Below, piece by piece: positions 51,445 through 59,382 of a DNA stretch of 64,000 nt. The stretch's first letter is position 1, and every line of letters starts with the position of its first letter. The DNA comes from a virus. Where the stretch lies: the IMG/VR virus record IMGVR_UViG_3300038301_000548, positions 96,001 to 160,000 of that record; one strand, given 5' to 3'. Below the pieces are notes generated by a model. It searched no databases, was not told where the DNA came from, and saw only the letters and a program-made list of their open reading frames with translations. The position numbers and the translations under genes are program-made.

Positions 51445-52685
51445 AGTTCACAAATCTCCCAAGACTTATAGCCTTTCCTGTTCTCCCAAGAGCCGAATTC
51501 TTCGAAAACTTCTTTAAATGTTTTTTGCCAGAGTTTGGAGTAATTCTCAATACTATAATTGTTTAATACATGGCCGCGGCCTTTTTTACCCATCTCTGAT
51601 ACTTCTTCAGATGTCATATTAAAGAAGTCACGCATAGCAGACAGGAAGTCTTCCTTGTTACAACGATCTTCATATATATAAGGAACTTCTTGCGAACCGA
51701 TTATAGCCTTCGAGGCTGGTTCAATCCCAAAGCCAAACCATTCTTCACCATCAGTGACTTGTTCTTGGAGGCCTCCAGTCATATTTACTATGATGGGCGT
51801 TTCGCATGCCAGCGACTCCAGAGTAGCTAGGCCAAACCCTTCTGCATCTGATATATTTATTGTGCAATCTGCAATATTATATAACAAAGAAAGCTGATCA
51901 GGAGGCATCTTGGCAATAGATAGTATCACTTGGCCGTCTCGCAGATCTAGATTTTCGATTATTGCTTCAAGGTCTTGTCCGTTTGGGTCTTTGGGTTCAG
52001 TATGCATAATTAGGCACGCTTTGTCGTGGCCAACCTCATCAAGGAATTCTTTGAACCAATGTATTAGTGTTCCGGATTGTTTTCTTCGCGCGTTCCTATT
52101 ATTCCAGAAAAATACTTTCTTGCCTTCGCAGCCGGCTCGGTGAAGCAAGTGTATGTACTCTTCGAGAGGCCTTACTTTGAATACCTCGGTATCAACTGTG
52201 TGAGGAACTCTCACACACTTTACATCTGGTGATACGTTTCTTACAATATCATCTGTCAATTTACTTATTGTACACACAACATCATTTGAATCATAAAATG
52301 ATTTATTAAAATTTGGATAAGGGTAGTTGTCCCACACATGATAATAAATCATTGGTACGTTCTGTCTTATTTCATCTTCCATTTGCCATAGCCAGATATA
52401 GAATCGTGGATCAGTCATAAACCAAAGTGCGTCTGGTTTGTAATATTGTAGCATTTGTCTGATTATGGCAGGGTTTCCGTATCCATCGACTGGGTGGATC
52501 ACCCAGTCGTCCTCGTAAGGTTCAACTTTAAGGGGTCGGTAGTCTTCATGTTTAATTGCCCCAGCGAGACAGACAAAAGAGTACTCACCGGTTTTTAACA
52601 TTTCCTCTACCATATACCTAGTCTGAGTTCCTACTCCCGAGGGAGCTAATGGACTATCAGCTATAACTAAGATCTTTTTCTTCAT
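51441..52685 (-). CDS. Glycosyltransferase family 4
   Basis: DSPLAPSGVG, NRNARRKQ, SDAEGFGLATLESLACETPII...GGLQEQV. Confidence 0.88.
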   Translation of the reverse strand: MKKKILVIADSPLAPSGVGTQTRYMVEEMLKTGEYSFVCLAGAIKHEDYRPLKVEPYEDDWVIHPVDGYGNPAIIRQMLQYYKPDALWFMTDPRFYIWLWQMEDEIRQNVPMIYYHVWDNYPYPNFNKSFYDSNDVVCTISKLTDDIVRNVSPDVKCVRVPHTVDTEVFKVRPLEEYIHLLHRAGCEGKKVFFWNNRNARRKQSGTLIHWFKEFLDEVGHDKACLIMHTEPKDPNGQDLEAIIENLDLRDGQVILSIAKMPPDQLSLLYNIADCTINISDAEGFGLATLESLACETPIIVNMTGGLQEQVTDGEEWFGFGIEPASKAIIGSQEVPYIYEDRCNKEDFLSAMRDFFNMTSEEVSEMGKKGRGHVLNNYSIENYSKLWQKTFKEVFEEFGSWENRKGYKSWEICEL

Positions 52686-53470
52686 TTACAATGCTCTGTT
52701 TTATAAAATTTGCAATATTTGCAGGATAAGCGATTCTTTATCGCGACGCCTCTTTCAATATTTATAACAGACTTCTCAAGCAAACTTAAACAATTATTTG
52801 TTTTCTTTTCGGCGGAGGTGACTCTGTGTATTTCTATGTTTTCTTTTTTGGCAGTTCTCTTGAGTAGGCCAAAATAAGTCTCCACCATTTTTGGATCGAT
52901 ATTGTGTTTCTTTGCAAAGTAGTGTTTATACAAAGTTAATTGGTAGTTGATGATTTTATCCTGCTTTTTATGACTGCTCCAGCCCCATGAGCAAGTTTTC
53001 CAGTCTATCACATGAAATTTACCATCAGGAGTTTTTATTACTAAGTCTATAAAGCCCTTGAATTTCCTACCGTAAGAATCAAAATCGTCTATATTCTCCA
53101 TTAGCGCTTCTTCTACTGAAAACACTTCAAAGTCACCAAAGTGTTCTATTACTGCCGGCAGGAATTGAGTGCATAATAGGGGCGCTTGCTGGCGCATATC
53201 TGTTACTAGCTCTTTGTTTAGTTCTTTGTTTTCTTCCTTTATCTCTCTTAGACCTTCTAAGAAACTTTCCTCAAACACTGCCAAGGCGTCGACTGATGGA
53301 TCTACTATTTTCTCTTCACATGCTTTGTGAATAGCGGTACCAAATGCGGTATACTCGTTACTCGAAAAATGTGGCAATTCGTCGATGTATATTAGTTTAT
53401 GTTTATGCGTGCATTCATTCCAAATTTTAAATTCAGAATAACTGATCTTCTTCTCTTTGATTTCTCTCAA
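52682..53470 (-). CDS. PD-(D/E)XK nuclease, Cas4/AddB-like with a probable Fe-S cluster
   Basis: SYS....W.EC, FGTAIH, GFIDL...VIDWKT, QL..Y, and C-terminal CKYC.....C. Confidence 0.88.
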   Translation of the reverse strand: MREIKEKKISYSEFKIWNECTHKHKLIYIDELPHFSSNEYTAFGTAIHKACEEKIVDPSVDALAVFEESFLEGLREIKEENKELNKELVTDMRQQAPLLCTQFLPAVIEHFGDFEVFSVEEALMENIDDFDSYGRKFKGFIDLVIKTPDGKFHVIDWKTCSWGWSSHKKQDKIINYQLTLYKHYFAKKHNIDPKMVETYFGLLKRTAKKENIEIHRVTSAEKKTNNCLSLLEKSVINIERGVAIKNRLSCKYCKFYKTEHCK

Positions 53471-53487
53471 TTGTTTTCTTCTTTTTT

Positions 53488-53829
53488 TTAGTCTTTTACT
53501 AATTTAGAAATTCTGTTTCGAATCGAAGGTTTCTCATCTTGCGGAGTTTGGGGTTGTTTTTTTCTGGTAGCTGTTTTACGGGCTTGTTTTTTCTTTTCTA
53601 ATCTAAAAACCCATTGGCCAGTATGCGAGACTTTCTTGATATTCGAATTTCCAACTTTAACAAGAGGCTCTTCTATTACCTCTGCTATTTTGTATTCTTT
53701 ATTTAGTATATCAATTAATTTATCAGTTGTCAAGAGGATTACTGGATTTTTTGAATACCTCCTTACATTGCAGACTACCTTGACTTCTAACTTCTCTCCT
53801 ATTACTTTTTTTTCAATGCTCTGTATCAT
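53488..53829 (-). CDS. Hypothetical protein (113 aa)
   Basis: ORF with GAGG RBS, overlapping the upstream stop. Confidence 0.55.
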   Translation of the reverse strand: MIQSIEKKVIGEKLEVKVVCNVRRYSKNPVILLTTDKLIDILNKEYKIAEVIEEPLVKVGNSNIKKVSHTGQWVFRLEKKKQARKTATRKKQPQTPQDEKPSIRNRISKLVKD

Positions 53830-54499
53830 AGCTTACCTCTGTTAATCCATAAATCTTCTTGAAAAGCTCTGGTGATAGCCTTTGTAAATGCGCGCCTTCT
53901 TTGAGATGGTAATAGGCTTCGAAGCCATTTGCAAAATATTCTCTCAATGATGTTGCAGCATAGGGTGAATAGAAAAGGTTTGCAGTCATTATCGATAAAG
54001 CAGTATAACCAACATCTTGGTAGAGAAATTGATCAAATTCATAATCATATTCAACATCCAAGTACTTAATTAGGTCCATATCATGTCCCTCAGAACTCAA
54101 TATCGAAAACAAACTTTTTCTTTTTGCTATAAATTCTCTTTCCAGTTTACCATCAGAATAGATGTGCTCTGCTCTGATTTCTTCTACTGAATGTGCAATT
54201 TCGTGAACTAAATCATCTGTCATGTCTTCTAAGTCGTCTTGTTCGTTCGTTACAAATATACTAGAATTTTCATAACTTGCTTGTACTTCTCTGTCTTTAA
54301 GGAAATCAAATTGACCTACATAAATTGAATCCAGGTTACTAAGCAATTGCTTCGGTATTAGTTTTCCCACTTCAGATAAAACGTCTTGTATACTAAAGTC
54401 AGTCGTAGATATAGGATCTTTTATGAACACTTCTATATCGTTCCATACAAAATGTTTTTTATTTTTTTGCTTGTTTTTAATGAAGTTCTTTAGTGGCAT
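53813..54499 (-). CDS. Putative zinc metallopeptidase (HExxH...E, anthrax-LF-like gluzincin)
   Basis: LVHEIAH plus downstream SLREYFANGFE. Confidence 0.6.
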   Translation of the reverse strand: MPLKNFIKNKQKNKKHFVWNDIEVFIKDPISTTDFSIQDVLSEVGKLIPKQLLSNLDSIYVGQFDFLKDREVQASYENSSIFVTNEQDDLEDMTDDLVHEIAHSVEEIRAEHIYSDGKLEREFIAKRKSLFSILSSEGHDMDLIKYLDVEYDYEFDQFLYQDVGYTALSIMTANLFYSPYAATSLREYFANGFEAYYHLKEGAHLQRLSPELFKKIYGLTEVSYDTEH

Positions 54500-54746
54500 C
54501 TTCTTTTTTCTGATTCTTTACAAACTCGACATCGTTTAGAGCTTGGGTGTAGCCATTGATCCAGTTTTCTTCGGCCATGGCTATAATAAACTCTGGGAAT
54601 TCTTCTGCGAAGACCTCTGCTATGTGGGAGATAGTAACTTCTTCATTCTCCGGGTTTGTTTTGTTTCCGACAAAGTCAACAATGAGATCCTTCAATTTCG
54701 ACTCTTCTTTTCCGATTACTTGATCTTTGGTTTTTTCTATTTCCAT
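54477..54746 (-). CDS. Hypothetical protein (89 aa)
   Basis: ORF coupled between phoH and the HExxH gene. Confidence 0.55.
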   Translation of the reverse strand: MEIEKTKDQVIGKEESKLKDLIVDFVGNKTNPENEEVTISHIAEVFAEEFPEFIIAMAEENWINGYTQALNDVEFVKNQKKEDATKELH

Positions 54747-54748
54747 AA

Positions 54749-56053
54749 TTATAACTTTAAAGCGGCAATTGTTGCGACTTTTGACCTTTCTCCTTTCAAT
54801 AATGTTATGTGGCCAGTTATGCTTTCATCTTTAAGGCGTTCTACGACGTATGAGAGGCCATTGTTGGTTGCATCTATATACACGTTGTCAATCTGTTCAA
54901 TGTCCCCTGTAAGGACGATCTTAGTGCCTTCTCCGACGCGCGTTAAAACAGTCTTGATCTCGTGCTGTGTCATGTTTTGCACTTCATCGATGACAATGAA
55001 TGCGTTTGATATTGATCTTCCGCGGATGAATGTCATTGCTTCTATTTCTATTTGGCCTTTTTCTTGATACATGTCTAGGGTCATTCTATCATCTCCCATA
55101 AGAAATTGCAAGTTATCTTGTATGGGTGCTAGCCATGGTAGCATTTTTTCCTCTAGAGTACCTGGTAAGAAGCCAATATCTTTGCCCACTGGTTCAACGG
55201 GTTTGGTAACTACTATCTTCTTGTAGACCGGTTTTCCTCCGAGTGTCTGCTCCAAGCCTGCAGCGAGGGCCAGCAGGGTTTTACCTGAGCCGGCTTTACC
55301 AATAAGACTGACTACTGGTATCTGTGGATCCATTAAAAGATTTAAGGCAAACTGTTGCTCTTTGTTCCGGGGTTTTGTTTCCCATGCGGTCGACTTTAAA
55401 ACTTTTCTTAATGGTTCATTTTTACTAACAAACTTGGCTAGGGCTGACTTCTTAGGGTTTGAATTAGAAATCATCATGATGAATTGATGCGGACAGAAGG
55501 CATAACTCTCATCTAGATGAACGGGCTTATCTTCATAAAAGTTTTCTATGATCTGATCGTCGACCAACACTTCACACAATCCAGAATAAAGATCATCTGA
55601 TTTGGCAACAACTTTTTCAACCTGAAAATCCTCTGTGAGTATTCCGAGAGCATCACACTTGACTCTCATATTAATATCTCTAGATACTACAACAACTTTT
55701 CGGGATTTGTTTTCTTCCATTTCCGAAAGTGCTGTTGCTATAATTTGGTTGTCTGAATCTTCTAAATCTAGATCGTCTGGAAGACAAAGCGGATTATAAC
55801 TCCTAACTTTAATTATGCCTTTCCCCTTCTCTAGGCGGACTCCTCTTGCGAGATTTCCCTTACTTCGAAGTTGGTCCAATTTGCGAATAGTCGATCTGGC
55901 TTGCATTCCGACTGTGTCTTGCCTTTTTTTATGTTTGTCGATTTCGTCTAAAACTTTTAAAGGTATTAAGATATCGTTATTTGTAAATGATGTTATAGAT
56001 TCTGCGTCTGTAAGATATACGTTAGTATCTAAGACGTAAGTTTTTTTTGCCAA
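54749..56053 (-). CDS. phoH: PhoH-family ATPase with an N-terminal PIN domain (PhoH2/YlaK type)
   Basis: PIN: VLDTNV, LDEID, DNQII, SRDINMR. ATPase: RNKEQ, GKAGSGKTLL, IGFLPG, RGRS, DEVQN, GDIEQID. Confidence 0.92.
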   Translation of the reverse strand: MAKKTYVLDTNVYLTDAESITSFTNNDILIPLKVLDEIDKHKKRQDTVGMQARSTIRKLDQLRSKGNLARGVRLEKGKGIIKVRSYNPLCLPDDLDLEDSDNQIIATALSEMEENKSRKVVVVSRDINMRVKCDALGILTEDFQVEKVVAKSDDLYSGLCEVLVDDQIIENFYEDKPVHLDESYAFCPHQFIMMISNSNPKKSALAKFVSKNEPLRKVLKSTAWETKPRNKEQQFALNLLMDPQIPVVSLIGKAGSGKTLLALAAGLEQTLGGKPVYKKIVVTKPVEPVGKDIGFLPGTLEEKMLPWLAPIQDNLQFLMGDDRMTLDMYQEKGQIEIEAMTFIRGRSISNAFIVIDEVQNMTQHEIKTVLTRVGEGTKIVLTGDIEQIDNVYIDATNNGLSYVVERLKDESITGHITLLKGERSKVATIAALKL

Positions 56054-56096
56054 GATTGTTTTCCTTAATAGTGATAATATCCTATCATATTAAATA

Positions 56097-56276
56097 TTAT
56101 TTATTAAATGTTTTTGACCACGAGGTGGGCGCTTTTTTATAAAGCACCCGGTTATTATACTGAATAGTGGGTGATTGTGGCATTGATATATATAAATCAG
56201 CGGTTGCGGTTTCCGATACCGGTGGCAAAAAAGAAAATATGATAGTCGTCATAATCTCCATTAGATAATAATTCAT
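56097..56276 (-). CDS. Small hypothetical protein (~59 aa; start re-assigned)
   Basis: AGGAG RBS 5 nt before ATG at 56276; hydrophobic N-terminus. Confidence 0.4.
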   Translation of the reverse strand: MNYYLMEIMTTIIFSFLPPVSETATADLYISMPQSPTIQYNNRVLYKKAPTSWSKTFNK

Positions 56277-56291
56277 GAGATCTCCTATAGC

Positions 56292-56305
56292 TTTTGTTAA
56301 CAAAA
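56292..56305. promoter_or_regulatory. Perfect 14-bp palindrome TTTTGTTAACAAAA in a divergent intergenic region
   Basis: Sits between the only divergent gene pair in the window; operator-like. Confidence 0.3.
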
Positions 56306-56333
56306 AAGCTTTTTTATAGTATATTTATATTAT

Positions 56334-57098
56334 ATGCAGACAAAAATACTATTTTTATTGACTATTTCTCTCTTTTTAGCGCCGGCATGCACTTTATCTA
56401 AAAATAATGCATATATAAAGCCCCCAATTGACAACTTTGTAAAGGTGTTCAAAGAAGCAAAAATAAAAAAATGTAATAGAAAAACAAAGGTTTGCGAAGA
56501 GAAAACCTTCTACTCCACTGGTAGTGGGTTAATCATAGATCTAATTATGGGAGAGACTATTGTCTTGTCCGCGGGTCATGTTTGTTCTTCTGATTTTAAG
56601 TTTCCAGATGATAAAAAGTTTTCGTTTAGTCACCAGGAGATAATTCTCGGCTTAGACAGTAAGGGTCTTTTTCACCCGGCACATGTTATAATATCTGAAC
56701 AACAGTCAGCTAAAGATGGCACTGCAGACCTATGCGCTCTTTTTATCCCCACTATAGACTATAAGAATATCAAAACAAGAGTAAGGTTTGATCCAAAAAC
56801 CCCAAGGGCCGGCGATGAAGTGTACTATTTGGGTGCACCGTTTGGTGTTTTTCACCCCCCGACAGTTCCGATATTTAAAGGAATCTATAGTGGAGTAGTC
56901 TCCACAACCTCAGCGCTGGCGACTTTTCCAGTGGCGCCTGGATCCAGTGGAGGTGTAGTCTTAAACCTCTCAAATAAAATAGTGGGAGTCGTGTATGCTG
57001 TGCATCCTGGGTTAAATCAAATCTCTATGATCACTAACCATCAGAAGACAAGAGAGTTTCTTATTAAGGTTAAGAACCGCTTTAGAGTTAAAAAGTGA
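56334..57098 (+). CDS. Trypsin-like (S1) serine protease with signal peptide / possible lipobox
   Basis: Catalytic triad SAGHVC, ADLCAL, PGSSGG; hydrophobic N-terminus ending LAPAC. The only clear plus-strand gene. Confidence 0.88.
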   Translation: MQTKILFLLTISLFLAPACTLSKNNAYIKPPIDNFVKVFKEAKIKKCNRKTKVCEEKTFYSTGSGLIIDLIMGETIVLSAGHVCSSDFKFPDDKKFSFSHQEIILGLDSKGLFHPAHVIISEQQSAKDGTADLCALFIPTIDYKNIKTRVRFDPKTPRAGDEVYYLGAPFGVFHPPTVPIFKGIYSGVVSTTSALATFPVAPGSSGGVVLNLSNKIVGVVYAVHPGLNQISMITNHQKTREFLIKVKNRFRVKK

Positions 57099-57389
57099 TT
57101 AGTCTTCGACTGGGTGGTATTGAATATAGACTTTATAATTCATCGATATACCATCCATTCCCTGGCCAGGACCAGGGGCTGCCGCGGTGAAAAACACATT
57201 CTTTACTTTCTCGTGTTCCATTAAAGAAATTAACAAGTCCAAAGACATTATGTTTACTGTGAATCTATAGAAATTCTCGTCTAGGCCCTTATAAGGAAAG
57301 GACCTGTGGTCTGATATTCTTACAAATTCTTCTTTGTCTTCGAATGGTCTAATTATTTCTCTTGATTCTTCTAATGTGATTGCTCTCAA
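57099..57389 (-). CDS. Hypothetical protein (96 aa)
   Basis: TTG start 9 nt after GGAG; stop abuts the protease stop. Confidence 0.55.
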   Translation of the reverse strand: MRAITLEESREIIRPFEDKEEFVRISDHRSFPYKGLDENFYRFTVNIMSLDLLISLMEHEKVKNVFFTAAAPGPGQGMDGISMNYKVYIQYHPVED

Positions 57390-57411
57390 ATTTCATTTCT
57401 CCGCTTTGCCA

Positions 57412-58053
57412 TTAGATAAGCTCATCTACCAATCCGTATTCTAAGCACTTTTCGGCTTCCCACCAAATATCGTGTTTTAATAGATTATCCATCTCTCTCT
57501 TTGGTATCTTGGTATGTTCCCTGTAGATATCTTTTATTTTCTTCATTAGCATTTCTGAGTTTTTCATGTCATCTTGCATTTCTTGGAACTTACCCCACAT
57601 GAGACCTGAAAGTTGGTGAACCAACATGCATGCATTCTTATGCATAAAGCGGCGTTCTCCCACACAAGACATTAAAGTTGCTGCGGAGGCTGCGCAGCCA
57701 TCAATTACTGTGTGTACTGGAACTTTAGAGTTCTTTATATAATCTACTGCTGATAAGCCTGCAAAGACCGAACCGCCGTAACTGTTTATGTGAAGTTTGA
57801 TTGGGGGCGGTGCGTACTCAAGCGGCCCTGTCTTAGACAGCATTGAAATATTCATATTAAAAATGCCTTTATTAAGCTTTAATATCTTAGGTCGCGTTAC
57901 ACCGGAATAAAAGTAAATCCTATTATGACTAAAATCTACAATGTTGTGATCTTCTGACGCGTGGCCTTTGCTTTCAGACGCATAGTCATGAGGCGTCATA
58001 CCATCCTCTTCTTCTGGACCCTCTGTTGTGGATCCCCAAAAATAATCTCTCAA
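57412..58053 (-). CDS. clpP: ClpP-family protease
   Basis: LHINSYGGSV, AASAAT (Ser), MLVHQ (His), HDIW (Asp), EYGLVDE. Confidence 0.88.
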   Translation of the reverse strand: MRDYFWGSTTEGPEEEDGMTPHDYASESKGHASEDHNIVDFSHNRIYFYSGVTRPKILKLNKGIFNMNISMLSKTGPLEYAPPPIKLHINSYGGSVFAGLSAVDYIKNSKVPVHTVIDGCAASAATLMSCVGERRFMHKNACMLVHQLSGLMWGKFQEMQDDMKNSEMLMKKIKDIYREHTKIPKREMDNLLKHDIWWEAEKCLEYGLVDELI

Positions 58054-58054
58054 T

Positions 58055-58627
58055 TTATATCTCCCTCGAAAGTTTCTTTAATATTTGTTTTTTCTGCTCT
58101 TTATTAAACTTTTTTATATTCTTTATGCTAGTATATAATATTTCTATATATATGCCTTCATGGTCCCCCAGTAATGCCGCGGTGATTGTGAAACCATTGG
58201 CACCATTAGCCCAGTATGCTCTTGCTTCCTTTATGCCAGTTTTTATTGCATGGCACTTGGAAGAATAGATTAACTCGTTGATGATCGATGCATCGCGGTG
58301 GACTCGATGTTGTGGGGGTCCATACTTTTTTGTTAAAAATTTAAGAACTAAGTTATATCTTGCTAGACAATTAGAATCCGTAATTCCTCTTGGACCGAAG
58401 ATAAGTAAAGCCTTTGATAATTTATTGTTTGAGAAATAAAGCTGAACCTCTGTCTCCATCGACAAAAGAAGAGTTTTGTTTAGATAAGTCAAAGATCCTG
58501 ATTTTATTGAACCCGTATAGTATCTATAGCCCTCTACTTTAGGAGGTTTTGCGTGCTCTTTGCCCCAGTCTAAACCTAGAGGGCTATAAAACGTCGTAAT
58601 TATCAATAATGTTGCAATATTTATCAT
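58055..58627 (-). CDS. Secreted/periplasmic hypothetical protein (190 aa)
   Basis: Signal-peptide-like N-terminus followed by SPLGLDWG. Confidence 0.6.
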   Translation of the reverse strand: MINIATLLIITTFYSPLGLDWGKEHAKPPKVEGYRYYTGSIKSGSLTYLNKTLLLSMETEVQLYFSNNKLSKALLIFGPRGITDSNCLARYNLVLKFLTKKYGPPQHRVHRDASIINELIYSSKCHAIKTGIKEARAYWANGANGFTITAALLGDHEGIYIEILYTSIKNIKKFNKEQKKQILKKLSREI

Positions 58628-58645
58628 AATTTTTTATTAAGTTAG

Positions 58646-58719
58646 TGGGCCTCCGCGGACTTGAACCGCGAACCTGCCGGTTATGAGCCGGATGCTCTGA
58701 CCAATTGAGCTAGAGGCCC
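58646..58719 (-). tRNA. tRNA-Ile2 (anticodon CAU, lysidine substrate); CCA not encoded
   Basis: GGGCCTC-TA-GCTC AATTGGTCA GAGC-A-TCCGG CTCATAA CCGGC-AGGTT-CGCGG TTCAAGT CCGCG-GAGGCCC-A folds as a cloverleaf. Anticodon CAT at 58683-58685. Has C4:G69, C5:G68, C29:G41 and A73; lacks the initiator C1/A72 mismatch and the triple G:C anticodon stem. Confidence 0.93.
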
Positions 58720-58738
58720 CCACATGAACAATATACAC

Positions 58739-59344
58739 CTATTTAACATAAAGTTCAAGCAGTTTTTTTCGAATAGTTTTGCGAATTCCTGGATTTACTT
58801 TCAAAACGGCTGGTATGACGTTATGACGTATGTGATTTCTCATATGATTTGTGTGCTGGTTTGAAGGATCTTCAGTCCACGGAATGCTATGGTTCTCTGC
58901 GTATGATAGTATTGATTTTTTATCTGTCAAAAGAAAGGGCCTATATATATTTGGATCTCTTTTGTACGGAATAACTTTTCCATTTCCATGGAAACTAGAC
59001 ATAAGCCAAGTCTCTACACAGTCATCGAGGTGATGACAAGTAATAATAAAGTTACTGCGAAGCCTGTTGAAAAAAGCATATCTTTCATCCCTCCAGAATT
59101 CCTCAAGTGATCTTTTGCCTTTAAACCCCTTGATCTTACCAATAACTAGGTTTAAACTATGCTGAAATGCATAATTTTCTACAAAAGAAAGCGCTTCTTT
59201 TGAGTGAATGGTGTCGTGATCAAAATAAGCTAAGCTAACGTCTCTCTTGCCATGTGTAAGGAAATGAGAAACAACCATTGAATCGATTCCGCCGGAGCAT
59301 GCAATTGTTACCTTGTGTGGTATTTTTCCAATTATTCTTAACAT
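58739..59344 (-). CDS. tilS: tRNA(Ile)-lysidine synthetase, minimal catalytic-domain form (201 aa)
   Basis: PP-loop ACSGGIDS, EEFWRDERY, HHLDDCVET, RPFL, EDPSN, RNHIRH. Confidence 0.92.
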   Translation of the reverse strand: MLRIIGKIPHKVTIACSGGIDSMVVSHFLTHGKRDVSLAYFDHDTIHSKEALSFVENYAFQHSLNLVIGKIKGFKGKRSLEEFWRDERYAFFNRLRSNFIITCHHLDDCVETWLMSSFHGNGKVIPYKRDPNIYRPFLLTDKKSILSYAENHSIPWTEDPSNQHTNHMRNHIRHNVIPAVLKVNPGIRKTIRKKLLELYVK

Positions 59345-59350
59345 TTTAAA

Positions 59351-59379
59351 ATTATATCAAATAACTATAAAAATATCAA
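59351..59379 (-). promoter_or_regulatory. Sigma70-type promoter TTGATA-N17-TATAAT for a leaderless tilS-tRNA transcript
   Basis: -35 at 59374-59379, -10 at 59351-59356, exact 17-nt spacer. Predicted +1 falls on the A of the tilS ATG (59344); no SD sequence. Confidence 0.7.
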
Positions 59380-59382
59380 ATA

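Noticed and set aside
52682-53470. CRISPR-Cas locus suggested by the Cas4-like gene
   Set aside because: No repeat-spacer array or other cas genes are visible in the window.
57387-57396. Apparent frameshift between an upstream ATG and the 96-aa ORF
   Set aside because: The ATG is too close to the GGAG, while the TTG start is optimally spaced (9 nt), so no frameshift is needed.
58646-58719. tRNA-Met (initiator or elongator) call for the CAU tRNA
   Set aside because: It has a paired G1:C72, no triple G:C anticodon stem, Ile2-type acceptor and anticodon-stem determinants, and an adjacent tilS.
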